Below are positions 55,950 to 64,000 of a stretch of DNA of 64,000 nt, one piece after another (the first letter of the stretch is position 1; the number at the start of each line of letters is the position of its first letter). The translations under genes and the position numbers were made by a program. The notes below the pieces were generated by a model. The model worked only from the letters and a program-made list of their open reading frames with translations. It was not told where the DNA came from and searched no databases. Source of the stretch: Candidatus Woesearchaeota archaeon. Its GTDB lineage: Archaea > Nanobdellota > Nanobdellia > Woesearchaeales > SKIA01. The stretch is taken from assembly GCA_046704725.1 (NCBI GenBank), contig JBJKRI010000004.1:12175-76174 (forward strand), given 5' to 3'.

Positions 55950-56489
55950 TTACGCGTTGCTCTTGCGCGCGAAGAAGAACTGGAGCGCGAATATCGCGGC
56001 GAAGACGGACAAGGAAAGCAGCGGGATGGTGAAAAAGCCGAACGCGTTGAGGTACGGGCTCGCGCAGGACGCGGTGGCGTCGCACGGGGCGGAGGCCTCG
56101 AGGAAGGCGAGGTGCTGCAAGGCATAGTGATATATGGCTACAAGTCCGCCAATCACCGTCATCCAGAGCGCCAGGAGACGCTGCGACTTCCGCTGGTACA
56201 GCGCGAGCGCGAACACCAATACGAGCGGGTACATGAAGATGCGCTGGAACCAACAGAGCACGCAAGGCGTGAGATTGGCGATGTTGGACAGGTACAGGCT
56301 TCCGAGGGTCGCTGCAGCGGCCAAGAACAGGCTCCACCGGTCGGCGGTACGTCGCAAGTGCTTCTCCAGCGCCTTCCAGAAGGATGGCTTGGTCCATGCG
56401 GCCACGCCGACGATCACCAGCGCGGCCCACAATGCGAGCGCCGCAGCAGAAGCGATTTCAAAGATGATAGGCAGGTAGGCCAGCGTCAT
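55950..56489 (-). CDS. dsbB: Disulfide bond formation protein B (BdbC-like)
   Basis: ATLGSLY.S, PCVLCWFQRIFMYP, second Cys pair, TIP.LSL. Confidence 0.92.
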   Translation of the reverse strand: MTLAYLPIIFEIASAAALALWAALVIVGVAAWTKPSFWKALEKHLRRTADRWSLFLAAAATLGSLYLSNIANLTPCVLCWFQRIFMYPLVLVFALALYQRKSQRLLALWMTVIGGLVAIYHYALQHLAFLEASAPCDATASCASPYLNAFGFFTIPLLSLSVFAAIFALQFFFARKSNA

Positions 56490-56974
56490 GCCGTCTCGTC
56501 GAACTCCTCATCATCACGGCGGATGACGCGGATAGCGTCCATCTTGAGCGTGATGGGGATGCTGACGACCGCCTCGAGAAGCTCGACGATGACCTCCTCC
56601 TTGGTCGGGTCCACGCGCGTGACCTTGGCCTTCTCGCGCTTGAACGGACCGGAGATGATCTCGGCGATGTCACCCTTGCGGATGTTCATCTCTTTTTTGA
56701 CCTGCTCGAGCATGTGCTCGATCTCCTTGTACTCCACCTCGTTGGGGAGCACGCCCTTCGCGTAGGGAACGCCGTGCGCTGCCTGCTCCGCATCGGAACG
56801 GGAAGCAGCCTCCACGAAGATATAGCCGCGCATGCCGTGCGGGCGGACCACGGAGTACACATTGAGGCCTTTCTTGTTCGCGTTGGACGCGACGAACGTG
56901 ACGACCTGATCCTCACGGTTCGCCGTGGTACGCAGCGCGTAGATGTGTCCTTCCTGGGATTCTGCTTCGGTCAT
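56486..56974 (-). CDS. spt5: Transcription elongation factor Spt5
   Basis: NGN domain (RGYIFVEA), KOW (GD..EIISGPFK.EKA.V). Confidence 0.96.
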   Translation of the reverse strand: MTEAESQEGHIYALRTTANREDQVVTFVASNANKKGLNVYSVVRPHGMRGYIFVEAASRSDAEQAAHGVPYAKGVLPNEVEYKEIEHMLEQVKKEMNIRKGDIAEIISGPFKREKAKVTRVDPTKEEVIVELLEAVVSIPITLKMDAIRVIRRDDEEFDETA

Positions 56975-56978
56975 TGGT

Positions 56979-57152
56979 TCAGCCGCCTTGGGTGATGAGG
57001 ATATAGCCGATCTGGATGATGAAGCCGATCAGCCCGATAACAATCAGGCCAAGACCGGTGATCTTCACCAACTCGGTGAACTCGCTCTGGTCGGGCTTGC
57101 GTGTGATCTTGAGCACACGCACGCAGTTGTGCCAGAAGAGCTTCAAATCCAT
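56979..57152 (-). CDS. secE: Protein translocase subunit SecE (Sec61 gamma)
   Basis: RVLKITRKPD.SEF...KITGLG...IGLIGFII; ftsZ-secE-spt5 synteny. Confidence 0.93.
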   Translation of the reverse strand: MDLKLFWHNCVRVLKITRKPDQSEFTELVKITGLGLIVIGLIGFIIQIGYILITQGG

Positions 57153-57189
57153 GCCCCGGACAATCGGCGTCGTCTTATAAATGTTGCCG

Positions 57190-58329
57190 CTAGTCGACGA
57201 ACTCGATGCCGAGCTCGGACTGGACCTTGTGCTTCTCGTCGATGGCCTTCTTCTTGACGACAGAAGCCCCGGTGATCTGCTCGCTATGCACGCCGGTCAC
57301 GATGATCATGACGCGCAACGTGCCTTCGAGGTCGTCGCGGATCTGGGCTCCCCAGATGATGCGAGCATCCTCGTCGAGCTGCTCGGACACCTCTTCGACG
57401 ACCAATCGAGCCTCCTCGAGGGTGAGGTCCGGTCCGCCGACGACATTGATGAGCGCGCCGTTCGCGCCCTTGATATCGGCGTCGAGCAAGGGATTCGTGA
57501 CCGCCTTGACGACCGCGTCCCGCGCCCGGTCAGACGTGTCCGACTCGCCCACTCCGATAAGCGCGACGCCGCCCTTTCCCATGACGGTCTTGATGTCCGC
57601 GAAGTCGAGGTTTACGAGGCCTGCCTTGGTGACCAGCTCGGCGATGCCCTTGACCGCGTTGGTGAGTATCTCGTCAGCGACCTTGAAGGCCGTGTGTATC
57701 GGCAGGTCGGGCGCGAGCTCGAGGAGCTTGTCGTTGGGGATGATGATGAGCGTGTCGACATTGTCCTGCATGCGCTCGAGCCCCCACATGGCGTTGTCCT
57801 TGCGACGGCCGCCCTCCATGTGGAAGGGTGTCGTCACGACACCGACGACGAGCGCTCCCTGTTTCTTCGCGATCTCCGCGACGACGGGCGCAGAACCGGT
57901 GCCCGTCCCACCGCCGAGCCCGCACGTGATAAAGATGAGGTCCGCGCCAGCGACGGCCTCGCGTATCTCGTGCTCTTGCTCGCGGGCGGCCTCCTCGCCG
58001 ACCTTGGGGATGCTTCCAGCGCCAAGGCCTTTGGTGGTCTCACGCCCGATGAGAATCTTCTTGTCCGCGGAGGTGTATAATAGGTCCTGCGCGTCCGTAT
58101 TGAGCGCAATGGTCTCCGCGCCCTCCACGCCGATCTCCGTGATGCGATTGACGGTATTCTTTCCCGCGCCGCCGCAACCGACCACGCGGATGTTCGCTCG
58201 CTGCGCCGCGAGCAACTGCTCCAATTCGTCATCGATGGAATGCCGCTTCTGCGGACGATCGGGTTCGGTGCGTTGCTGCGCTTGCTGAATATAGCTGTCC
58301 ATGTCGTCGCTCTCCGGAAATGTCTCCAT
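57190..58329 (-). CDS. ftsZ: Cell division protein FtsZ
   Basis: VVGCGGAG, GLGGGTGTG, NLDFAD, C-terminal LGIEFV. Confidence 0.98.
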   Translation of the reverse strand: METFPESDDMDSYIQQAQQRTEPDRPQKRHSIDDELEQLLAAQRANIRVVGCGGAGKNTVNRITEIGVEGAETIALNTDAQDLLYTSADKKILIGRETTKGLGAGSIPKVGEEAAREQEHEIREAVAGADLIFITCGLGGGTGTGSAPVVAEIAKKQGALVVGVVTTPFHMEGGRRKDNAMWGLERMQDNVDTLIIIPNDKLLELAPDLPIHTAFKVADEILTNAVKGIAELVTKAGLVNLDFADIKTVMGKGGVALIGVGESDTSDRARDAVVKAVTNPLLDADIKGANGALINVVGGPDLTLEEARLVVEEVSEQLDEDARIIWGAQIRDDLEGTLRVMIIVTGVHSEQITGASVVKKKAIDEKHKVQSELGIEFVD

Positions 58330-58346
58330 TCCTGGATATTTAAGGA

Positions 58347-59006
58347 TTACGCATCGGACTTCTTGGGGGCGCGGAATTCGACGCCCGTCGCCGCTGTATG
58401 CGCAGCGACCTCATCGGAGACCTGCTTTTGCGCCTGTTCCGGCAATTCCAGGGGAAGCTCGAGCACGGCTTTCCCCTCGTCGATGGTTATCTTGGGAGAG
58501 AAGCCGAGCATGCGCCCCACGATCGCCTCCACCTGTTCCGGAAGCTCATCGACAGTGCCTTCGAGCATGACCTCGTACGTGAGCTCCTTTCCCGCGAGGG
58601 GATGGTTGAAATCGACGATGATTCGGTTGCCCGTGACGTTGCGGACCACTCCCCGCACACCGTCGATATCCACTTCCAGTCCGGGCTGGGGAACAACCTC
58701 CTGTTTCTTGAAGGCGGACAAGGGCATGAGCTTGATGCGGTCGGCGCGTTTCTTGCCGAAGGCGTCCTCGGCCGACAAGGTGATAGAGAACGTGCCTTCC
58801 GGCCCCTTACCGACGAGCGCCGCGTCGAGCGCTGGCAAGAGGAATCCCTCGCCCACGCAGACGGTCAACGGCTCGAAGGTGACGTTCCGGCCAGCGAGAC
58901 CGTGCTCTTTGGCGACGCTCTCCTTTGTCGTGTCGAAGACCTCACCAGTCTCTGCGATCCTGCCGGTGAAATCGAGGCGGACGAAGTCGCCCTTCTTGAT
59001 GGCCAT
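58347..59006 (-). CDS. FKBP-type peptidyl-prolyl isomerase (SlyD-like, archaeal long type)
   Basis: GEVFDTT, AFG.., VDFNHPLAGK.L. Confidence 0.93.
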   Translation of the reverse strand: MAIKKGDFVRLDFTGRIAETGEVFDTTKESVAKEHGLAGRNVTFEPLTVCVGEGFLLPALDAALVGKGPEGTFSITLSAEDAFGKKRADRIKLMPLSAFKKQEVVPQPGLEVDIDGVRGVVRNVTGNRIIVDFNHPLAGKELTYEVMLEGTVDELPEQVEAIVGRMLGFSPKITIDEGKAVLELPLELPEQAQKQVSDEVAAHTAATGVEFRAPKKSDA

Positions 59007-59074
59007 GCGTGACGGACTTGTCGCGCATTTATAAGGTTGTTGAAGAGAAAGAAAAGAGAAAAGAAGAATGTCCC

Positions 59075-59659
59075 TTACGGGTACAGGTACACGCGTTGTG
59101 TACTGATCACGTCGGGCGTGTTGAACTCCACGAGCGTGGGCGTACCGATCTTCGGGATGAAGTTCAGACGCATGTGCTCGTCCTGGCCTATGGAGCGGGG
59201 CATAGCGAACTGCAACCGCACAACATCTCCACGTTGGAGGTTGCCGTCCAAGTGGTTGGTGCCGTTGATAAGGTACGTGATGCCGAAGGTTCCCGTCGTC
59301 GCGTTGGCTACGGTCGCGAACGATGAGTTGCCGCTGTAAGTCAGGGTAGTCGTGGAGTTGTCCGTGTCCACCGTGAACGTCACTTCATCAAGCTTCATGG
59401 GATCAGAGCCGGGGCTCAACTTCATCTCCAGCGAGAAATTCTCAAGAGTCTGGTCCGTGCCGTCGACGGCAGAGACCTCGATGACTTTCGCATTCGTGGA
59501 TATCTCGCCTTTCGATTGCTGACCGGTCGACAGGGCCTTCTGCTGAAGACTGCCCGCAGTCTGGAGCAATACTCCTGCAGCCACCGCAGCGACCAACAGC
59601 ATGGCGATGAAGATGATGAGCGTGCCTACGCCCATTTCTGCTTTCTTGTTCCACTTCAT
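59075..59659 (-). CDS. flaB: Archaellin (FlaB/ArlB family)
   Basis: KKA/EMGVGTLIIFIAMLLVAAVAAGVLLQT..SLQQKA..TG archaellin N-terminus. Confidence 0.9.
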   Translation of the reverse strand: MKWNKKAEMGVGTLIIFIAMLLVAAVAAGVLLQTAGSLQQKALSTGQQSKGEISTNAKVIEVSAVDGTDQTLENFSLEMKLSPGSDPMKLDEVTFTVDTDNSTTTLTYSGNSSFATVANATTGTFGITYLINGTNHLDGNLQRGDVVRLQFAMPRSIGQDEHMRLNFIPKIGTPTLVEFNTPDVISTQRVYLYP

Positions 59660-59824
59660 AAGGCGTTCACCTATATACCGTATACTGTGCTACGGTTTTG
59701 TATACTAGGAGGTCTTGAGTATAAAAATGTTTGCCCCCCCTTATATTGCTCAATCCAAGCGAGAGAGCGCCCGCTGCGGGCGAAATACGCCACCTATTTA
59801 AAGAAGCGCACGTTGCGGACCGCT

Positions 59825-61420
59825 ATGGAGCCGAGCGGAATCCAACCCATCTTCATCCTGCCAGAGAGCAGCCAACGCAGCACCGGGAAGAACGCGCAAC
59901 GAAACAACATCCTGGCTGCGCGCATGGTCGCCGAGACCGTGCGGACGACCCTCGGACCCAAAGGCATGGACAAGATGCTCGTGGACAGCGCGGGAGAGGT
60001 CACCGTCACCAACGACGGCGTCACCATACTCGAGGAGATGGACATCGCGCACCCGGCGGCGAAGATGATCGTCGAGGTAGCCCGCACGCAAGAGAACGAG
60101 GTCGGCGACGGAACGACCACCGCTGTAGTGCTCGCCGGAGAGCTGCTCACGAACGCAGAACGGCTGCTCGACGATAAGATCCATCCGACAGTCATCATCA
60201 AGGGCTATCGTCTCGCCGAAGCGGAAGCGCAGCGGGCCCTCGAGAAGCTTTCGCAAGGGGTGTCGCAGAAAGATACCTCGCTACTGCGCAAGATCGCGGC
60301 AACAGCCATGACAGGCAAGGGGGCCGAGTCGCAGAAAGAGCATCTCGCAGAGCTCGCGGTGCGCGCGGTGCGCGCGGTCGCAACAGAGGACGGGATCGAC
60401 CTGGACAGCATCAAGATTATGCACAAGGTCGGCGGGTCCATACAAGACAGCGAGCTCATCGCCGGCATCGTGCTCGACAAGGAACGCGTGCACCCGTCCA
60501 TGCCGGACTACATCGAGCGCGCACGCATCCTCTTGCTAGACAGCGCGCTCGAGCTCAAGGAGACGGAGCTCGACGCGAAGATCAGCATCACAGACCCGAC
60601 ACAGATGCAATCCTATCTGGACATGGAGGAACGCATGCTGGAGAGCATGGTCTCGCGAGTGCTCGCGGCGGGCGCGAACGTGGTCGTCTGCCAAAAAGGC
60701 GTTGACGACCTTGCGGCCTACCAGCTCGCCAAGCAAGGCGTGTTCGTCGTGCGACGCGTCGCGAAGAGCGACATGGAGAAACTCTCTAAAGCGACGGGGG
60801 CGGACATCCTCAGCGACCTCAAGGACGCACGCGCACAGCATCTCGGACGCGCCGGGAGCGTGCAGCAAGCGAAGGTCGGTGACGAACAGATGATCTTCAT
60901 CGAGGACTGCCGCAAGGCCAAGGCAGTGTCCTTGCTCATCCGCGGCGGGACGAGCCACGTGGTGGACGAAGTCAGGCGCGCGGTGACAGACGCGGTCGGT
61001 GACCTGCGCGCAGCATTGCTCTCCGAACGTGCGGTCCCGGGAGCGGGAGCCACGGAGATCGAGCTGGCCAAACGACTGTCGCGATACGCCCGCAGCCTGT
61101 CCGGACGGGAGCAGCTCGCCGTGGAAGCGTACGCGCAGGCCATGGAGGTCATCCCGCGCACGCTCGCCGAGAACGCGGGACTCGACCCCATAGATGTGGT
61201 GGCGGACCTGAAGAGCGGCCACAGCAACGACAAGGAGGCAGGGATCGACGTCTTCTCCGGAAAGGTCATCAATGCGTGGCGCAAGGGAGTCATCGAGCCG
61301 TTGCGCATCAAGACCCAAGCCATCAGCAGCGCGACCGACGTGGCGTGCATGCTCCTGCGCATCGACGACGTGATAACGAACGGACAAACGGAGCAGCCCG
61401 TGCAGCCGCAGCTGGACTGA
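59825..61420 (+). CDS. thsA: Thermosome (group II chaperonin)
   Basis: [38 protein letters not shown]. Confidence 0.97.
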   Translation: MEPSGIQPIFILPESSQRSTGKNAQRNNILAARMVAETVRTTLGPKGMDKMLVDSAGEVTVTNDGVTILEEMDIAHPAAKMIVEVARTQENEVGDGTTTAVVLAGELLTNAERLLDDKIHPTVIIKGYRLAEAEAQRALEKLSQGVSQKDTSLLRKIAATAMTGKGAESQKEHLAELAVRAVRAVATEDGIDLDSIKIMHKVGGSIQDSELIAGIVLDKERVHPSMPDYIERARILLLDSALELKETELDAKISITDPTQMQSYLDMEERMLESMVSRVLAAGANVVVCQKGVDDLAAYQLAKQGVFVVRRVAKSDMEKLSKATGADILSDLKDARAQHLGRAGSVQQAKVGDEQMIFIEDCRKAKAVSLLIRGGTSHVVDEVRRAVTDAVGDLRAALLSERAVPGAGATEIELAKRLSRYARSLSGREQLAVEAYAQAMEVIPRTLAENAGLDPIDVVADLKSGHSNDKEAGIDVFSGKVINAWRKGVIEPLRIKTQAISSATDVACMLLRIDDVITNGQTEQPVQPQLD

Positions 61421-61465
61421 GCGAAAGCTTATATATCGGTCTTTCCGGGCAAGGACGAGGTGAGC

Positions 61466-61885
61466 ATGGACGAAGATAGTTCTTCACGGTCGTTGGTAGA
61501 AGCCATGGACAGGCTGGCTAGCCAGCTCGCACACCTCACCCAACTGTTCGAGCAAGCGAACAAGGAACTCTACGATGAATACAGCGCAGGTTTCCATGAG
61601 GAATCCGCTCGGCTCGACAAGCTCATCGCGCAGAACGAGAAGATCGCGCGCGGGGTCTTGGCGGTGGCCGACATGGTGCAGGAACGTCGACCGACGTCGA
61701 TGCGCGACGAATCCCCTATCCGGACCGTGGCGGTGGAGGAACAGCCCGAACAGTTCCAGGACGAGAGCGCAGCACCACAACCGCTGGTGCCGGAGACACC
61801 CGCCGCCCCCCAAGAGCAACCGCCTGATGCGGGCATGGAGCATGAACAGATGAGCAGGAAGCAGCTGCTGGACGCGTTCCGATGA
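61466..61885 (+). CDS. Hypothetical coiled-coil protein with Pro/Gln-rich tail
   Basis: GAGGTGA RBS; LDKLIAQNEKIARGVLAVADMV helix. Confidence 0.7.
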   Translation: MDEDSSSRSLVEAMDRLASQLAHLTQLFEQANKELYDEYSAGFHEESARLDKLIAQNEKIARGVLAVADMVQERRPTSMRDESPIRTVAVEEQPEQFQDESAAPQPLVPETPAAPQEQPPDAGMEHEQMSRKQLLDAFR

Positions 61886-62142
61886 GACAGCAGCACCACA
61901 AGCACCTGCTCTTGCACCTGGTCGACGCGTGGAATCGCAATCCGCTCGTCCTGCATACGCGTTTCTCCGGACAGCAAGTGACCGACGGGCTGCACGAGAA
62001 ACTCGAGAAGGAGACCTTGCGTCAACAGCTCAAGCGAGAACTTGCGAGCGTGAAAGCGATATTGAGCCAGCATCACGGCAACCCGCGGGCAGGAGAGCTT
62101 TTTGCACGCGCCTCTGAGATCGAAGAGCGATTGAAAGAGTAG
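61882..62142 (+). CDS. Hypothetical helical protein
   Basis: ATGA overlap with upstream ORF; 86 aa. Confidence 0.6.
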   Translation: MRQQHHKHLLLHLVDAWNRNPLVLHTRFSGQQVTDGLHEKLEKETLRQQLKRELASVKAILSQHHGNPRAGELFARASEIEERLKE

Positions 62143-62167
62143 AAAAGAAAAAAGAGAGTAGACGGTC

Positions 62168-62338
62168 TTACAGGTCCTTGGCCATGACCGTCTTGCGGTT
62201 GTTGCCTTCTGCGCGCTTGACAGCATCCTTGATCATGCTACGCACACGGCGGTCCAGAGCGTCGGCGAAATCGCCGGCCACGTTATAGCCCGCTGCAACA
62301 TCCTTAATCTTTGCCTTGACGACAATCATATCTGACAT
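62168..62338 (-). CDS. Minimal histone-fold protein (56 aa)
   Basis: IVVKAKIK...NVAGDF..AL...V...I..AVKRA..N.RKTVMAKDL; GGGGTGA RBS. Confidence 0.88.
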   Translation of the reverse strand: MSDMIVVKAKIKDVAAGYNVAGDFADALDRRVRSMIKDAVKRAEGNNRKTVMAKDL

Positions 62339-62504
62339 AGTGTTCACCCCGTTGATTCGGTGTTTTTGGCGCCCCTGAAGGCGCTTCTGCTGTATCTCCG
62401 CGGATGTAGATATAAAAAGGTTATGGTTCCGGAGGGCTGAAAGGCCCGAATTCGAGGGGCAGCCGTGCGAAAAGGACTTAAGCACACTGTTCCGGAGTTC
62501 GCAC

Positions 62505-63080
62505 GTGACTTGGATCGCGAAAGAGCAGCAAGAGCGAGGTTGGCGCGCAGCAAAACGCTCAGGCCTGAACGAGGACGCTTGTGCATATGTCGCGAATGTC
62601 GTGAGTGATCCGGGTACAGGATTCCACAGCTCCAGACTGGAACCCGCACTGTACGTTTCTGACATGATCAAAGACGCGAGTGCATTCCACTTCGGTATCA
62701 GGAAGCAAATCGCGGACAAGATGCTCATGCAGAACAGCATTTTCTTCGAGGTGCTCGCCGCACGCGAGAATCGCGGAGCCCCACCCAGAGACTGGTACGC
62801 ATCGTTCGGCCGCCAGCTCTATGTCGGTCTGTTCGACATGACAAGAGAGCTTCCCCTCATGGCGAAGATCTTTTTGAACGTGGCTGTACATTACCACGTG
62901 CTGTCCCTTCAGTTGCACCAGGAGTTCTGGAAAGAACAGACAGCACCGGACATTTTGATGCGAGATGGAAGCGTGCCACGCGTCGCACAAGAATGGCGAC
63001 CCCAAGCGTTCCCGCCAGACGAGAACTGCATCAATAGCGTGCTCTCAGAGGTCGAGCGTACGCGAAACAGGCTTCACTGA
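62505..63080 (+). CDS. Hypothetical protein
   Basis: 191-aa helical ORF with AT-rich box upstream; no motif assigned. Confidence 0.65.
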   Translation: MTWIAKEQQERGWRAAKRSGLNEDACAYVANVVSDPGTGFHSSRLEPALYVSDMIKDASAFHFGIRKQIADKMLMQNSIFFEVLAARENRGAPPRDWYASFGRQLYVGLFDMTRELPLMAKIFLNVAVHYHVLSLQLHQEFWKEQTAPDILMRDGSVPRVAQEWRPQAFPPDENCINSVLSEVERTRNRLH

Positions 63081-64000
63081 TGCGCGAACCAGAAGCGATT
63101 CTCCCTCATATCATCGCAGCGGACGAAACCGAAACGCTCGAACTGGTATAGACTGTCCGAAATGAAGTCGCGAGGCTCGATCGCGCCGTCCATCCAGGAA
63201 CCGTCTGGCATATGGACCCGCGCGTCGTCCGCGTCGTCCGCGGGAAGCCATTGGACAATGCGACGTCTTTTCGCCTTGCGGAACTCCTCGATACTCTTGG
63301 AGACAAAGACCCAGGCGCCGTTCTCCCTACGAAAGTTATAGGCGTCCATGAGACGGAAGAGCACACCGTCCGCGTCCTCCAGGTCGTTTGCTGGAACGAC
63401 CACCTTCGGTCCGGCGGCGAGCGAGCGGCCGCCCTTGCGCTCGGTGGGATGCAGGTCGAGCCTCACGGGGAATTCGGGAGCGCCCTCGATGACGATGTCC
63501 ACCGGGTCGGGGATGAAGAACGCCCTGTCGGCGATGGGGTCGATGATCTCCCTGTTGAATGCCTCGATATTGCGGAAGTACTCGGCTTTGGAGACCTTCT
63601 TGTCCGTGGCGGAAAAGCCCATCTCCTCCGCCAGGCGCAAGAACGCCTCGGGCTGGAAACCCCTCCTGCGCAATGCGGGCAGGAACGGCAGGCGGATATC
63701 GTCCCAACCGCTGAACTTCCCCTCCTCGATGCTCTTTCTCGTCTCGGTGGTGGAAAGACGCAAGTCGGTGAAGTTGATGCGACCAACGTTGTAGACTTTT
63801 GGTATGGGCTTGTCGAAATAGCGGTACATGAACTCCTGGCGCTTGGCGTTATCGGCGTGGTCCTTGGCGCGCAAGACATGCGTCATGCCCATCTCCATAT
63901 CATCGACGGAGACGCTGAAATTCATGAGGGGCCAGACGCGATACTTCGTCCCTTGACGTGGATGGACAGACGTATTGATACGCAGCGCCGGCCAGTCGCG
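63074..64000 (-). CDS. gltX: Glutamate--tRNA ligase, C-terminal part (partial)
   Basis: VWP.MNFSV.VDD, THVLRAKDH, LSTT, GWDD.RLP.L..LRRRG, QFERFGF. Confidence 0.95.
   Translation of the reverse strand, partial: RDWPALRINTSVHPRQGTKYRVWPLMNFSVSVDDMEMGMTHVLRAKDHADNAKRQEFMYRYFDKPIPKVYNVGRINFTDLRLSTTETRKSIEEGKFSGWDDIRLPFLPALRRRGFQPEAFLRLAEEMGFSATDKKVSKAEYFRNIEAFNREIIDPIADRAFFIPDPVDIVIEGAPEFPVRLDLHPTERKGGRSLAAGPKVVVPANDLEDADGVLFRLMDAYNFRRENGAWVFVSKSIEEFRKAKRRRIVQWLPADDADDARVHMPDGSWMDGAIEPRDFISDSLYQFERFGFVRCDDMRENRFWFAHQ

Noticed and set aside
87-63879. Many long overlapping or antisense ORFs in the six-frame track (e.g. 87-1334, 20673-22397, 45443-47821, 54786-56765)
   Set aside because: Shadow frames of GC-rich genes: Arg/Ala/Pro-rich or antisense to clearly identified proteins, with no motifs

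Overview
Gene-dense, GC-rich archaeal chromosome segment. The archaeal/eukaryote-type ribosomal proteins (S17e, L35Ae, L31e, L39e, S19e, L15e, L21e), Alba, Spt5-SecE-FtsZ, Rpo4/Rpo11, thermosome, a minimal histone and many TATA-driven, apparently leaderless genes, together with bacterial-type GroES/GroEL, DnaJ, LemA/HtpX, DsbB and Lgt, fit a DPANN archaeon best, probably Woesearchaeota-like (inference). About two thirds is housekeeping (ArgRS, ProRS, IleRS, partial GluRS, tRNA-Arg, Tmk, ThyA, TpiA, UppS). The most notable signals are: (1) a possible bacteria-facing envelope toolkit of an RlpA-type peptidoglycan lytic transglycosylase on an unusual helical/TM scaffold, a bacterial Lgt with an inserted TM hairpin, two lipobox proteins, several class III signal-peptide pilins and adhesin-like proteins; (2) a two-gene operon of large membrane proteins sharing a paralogous N-terminal multi-TM module but carrying different cargo (coiled coil vs Ig-like array), next to xerA, a double-HTH gene and a dif-like site; (3) an unannotated tRNA-like structured RNA upstream of a 2H phosphoesterase, plus two other candidate structured RNAs; (4) a methyltransferase-kinase-MGMT triple fusion and a stand-alone half helicase. 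No CRISPR array, rRNA or transposase was seen. All calls come from motif recognition by eye; no searches were run.
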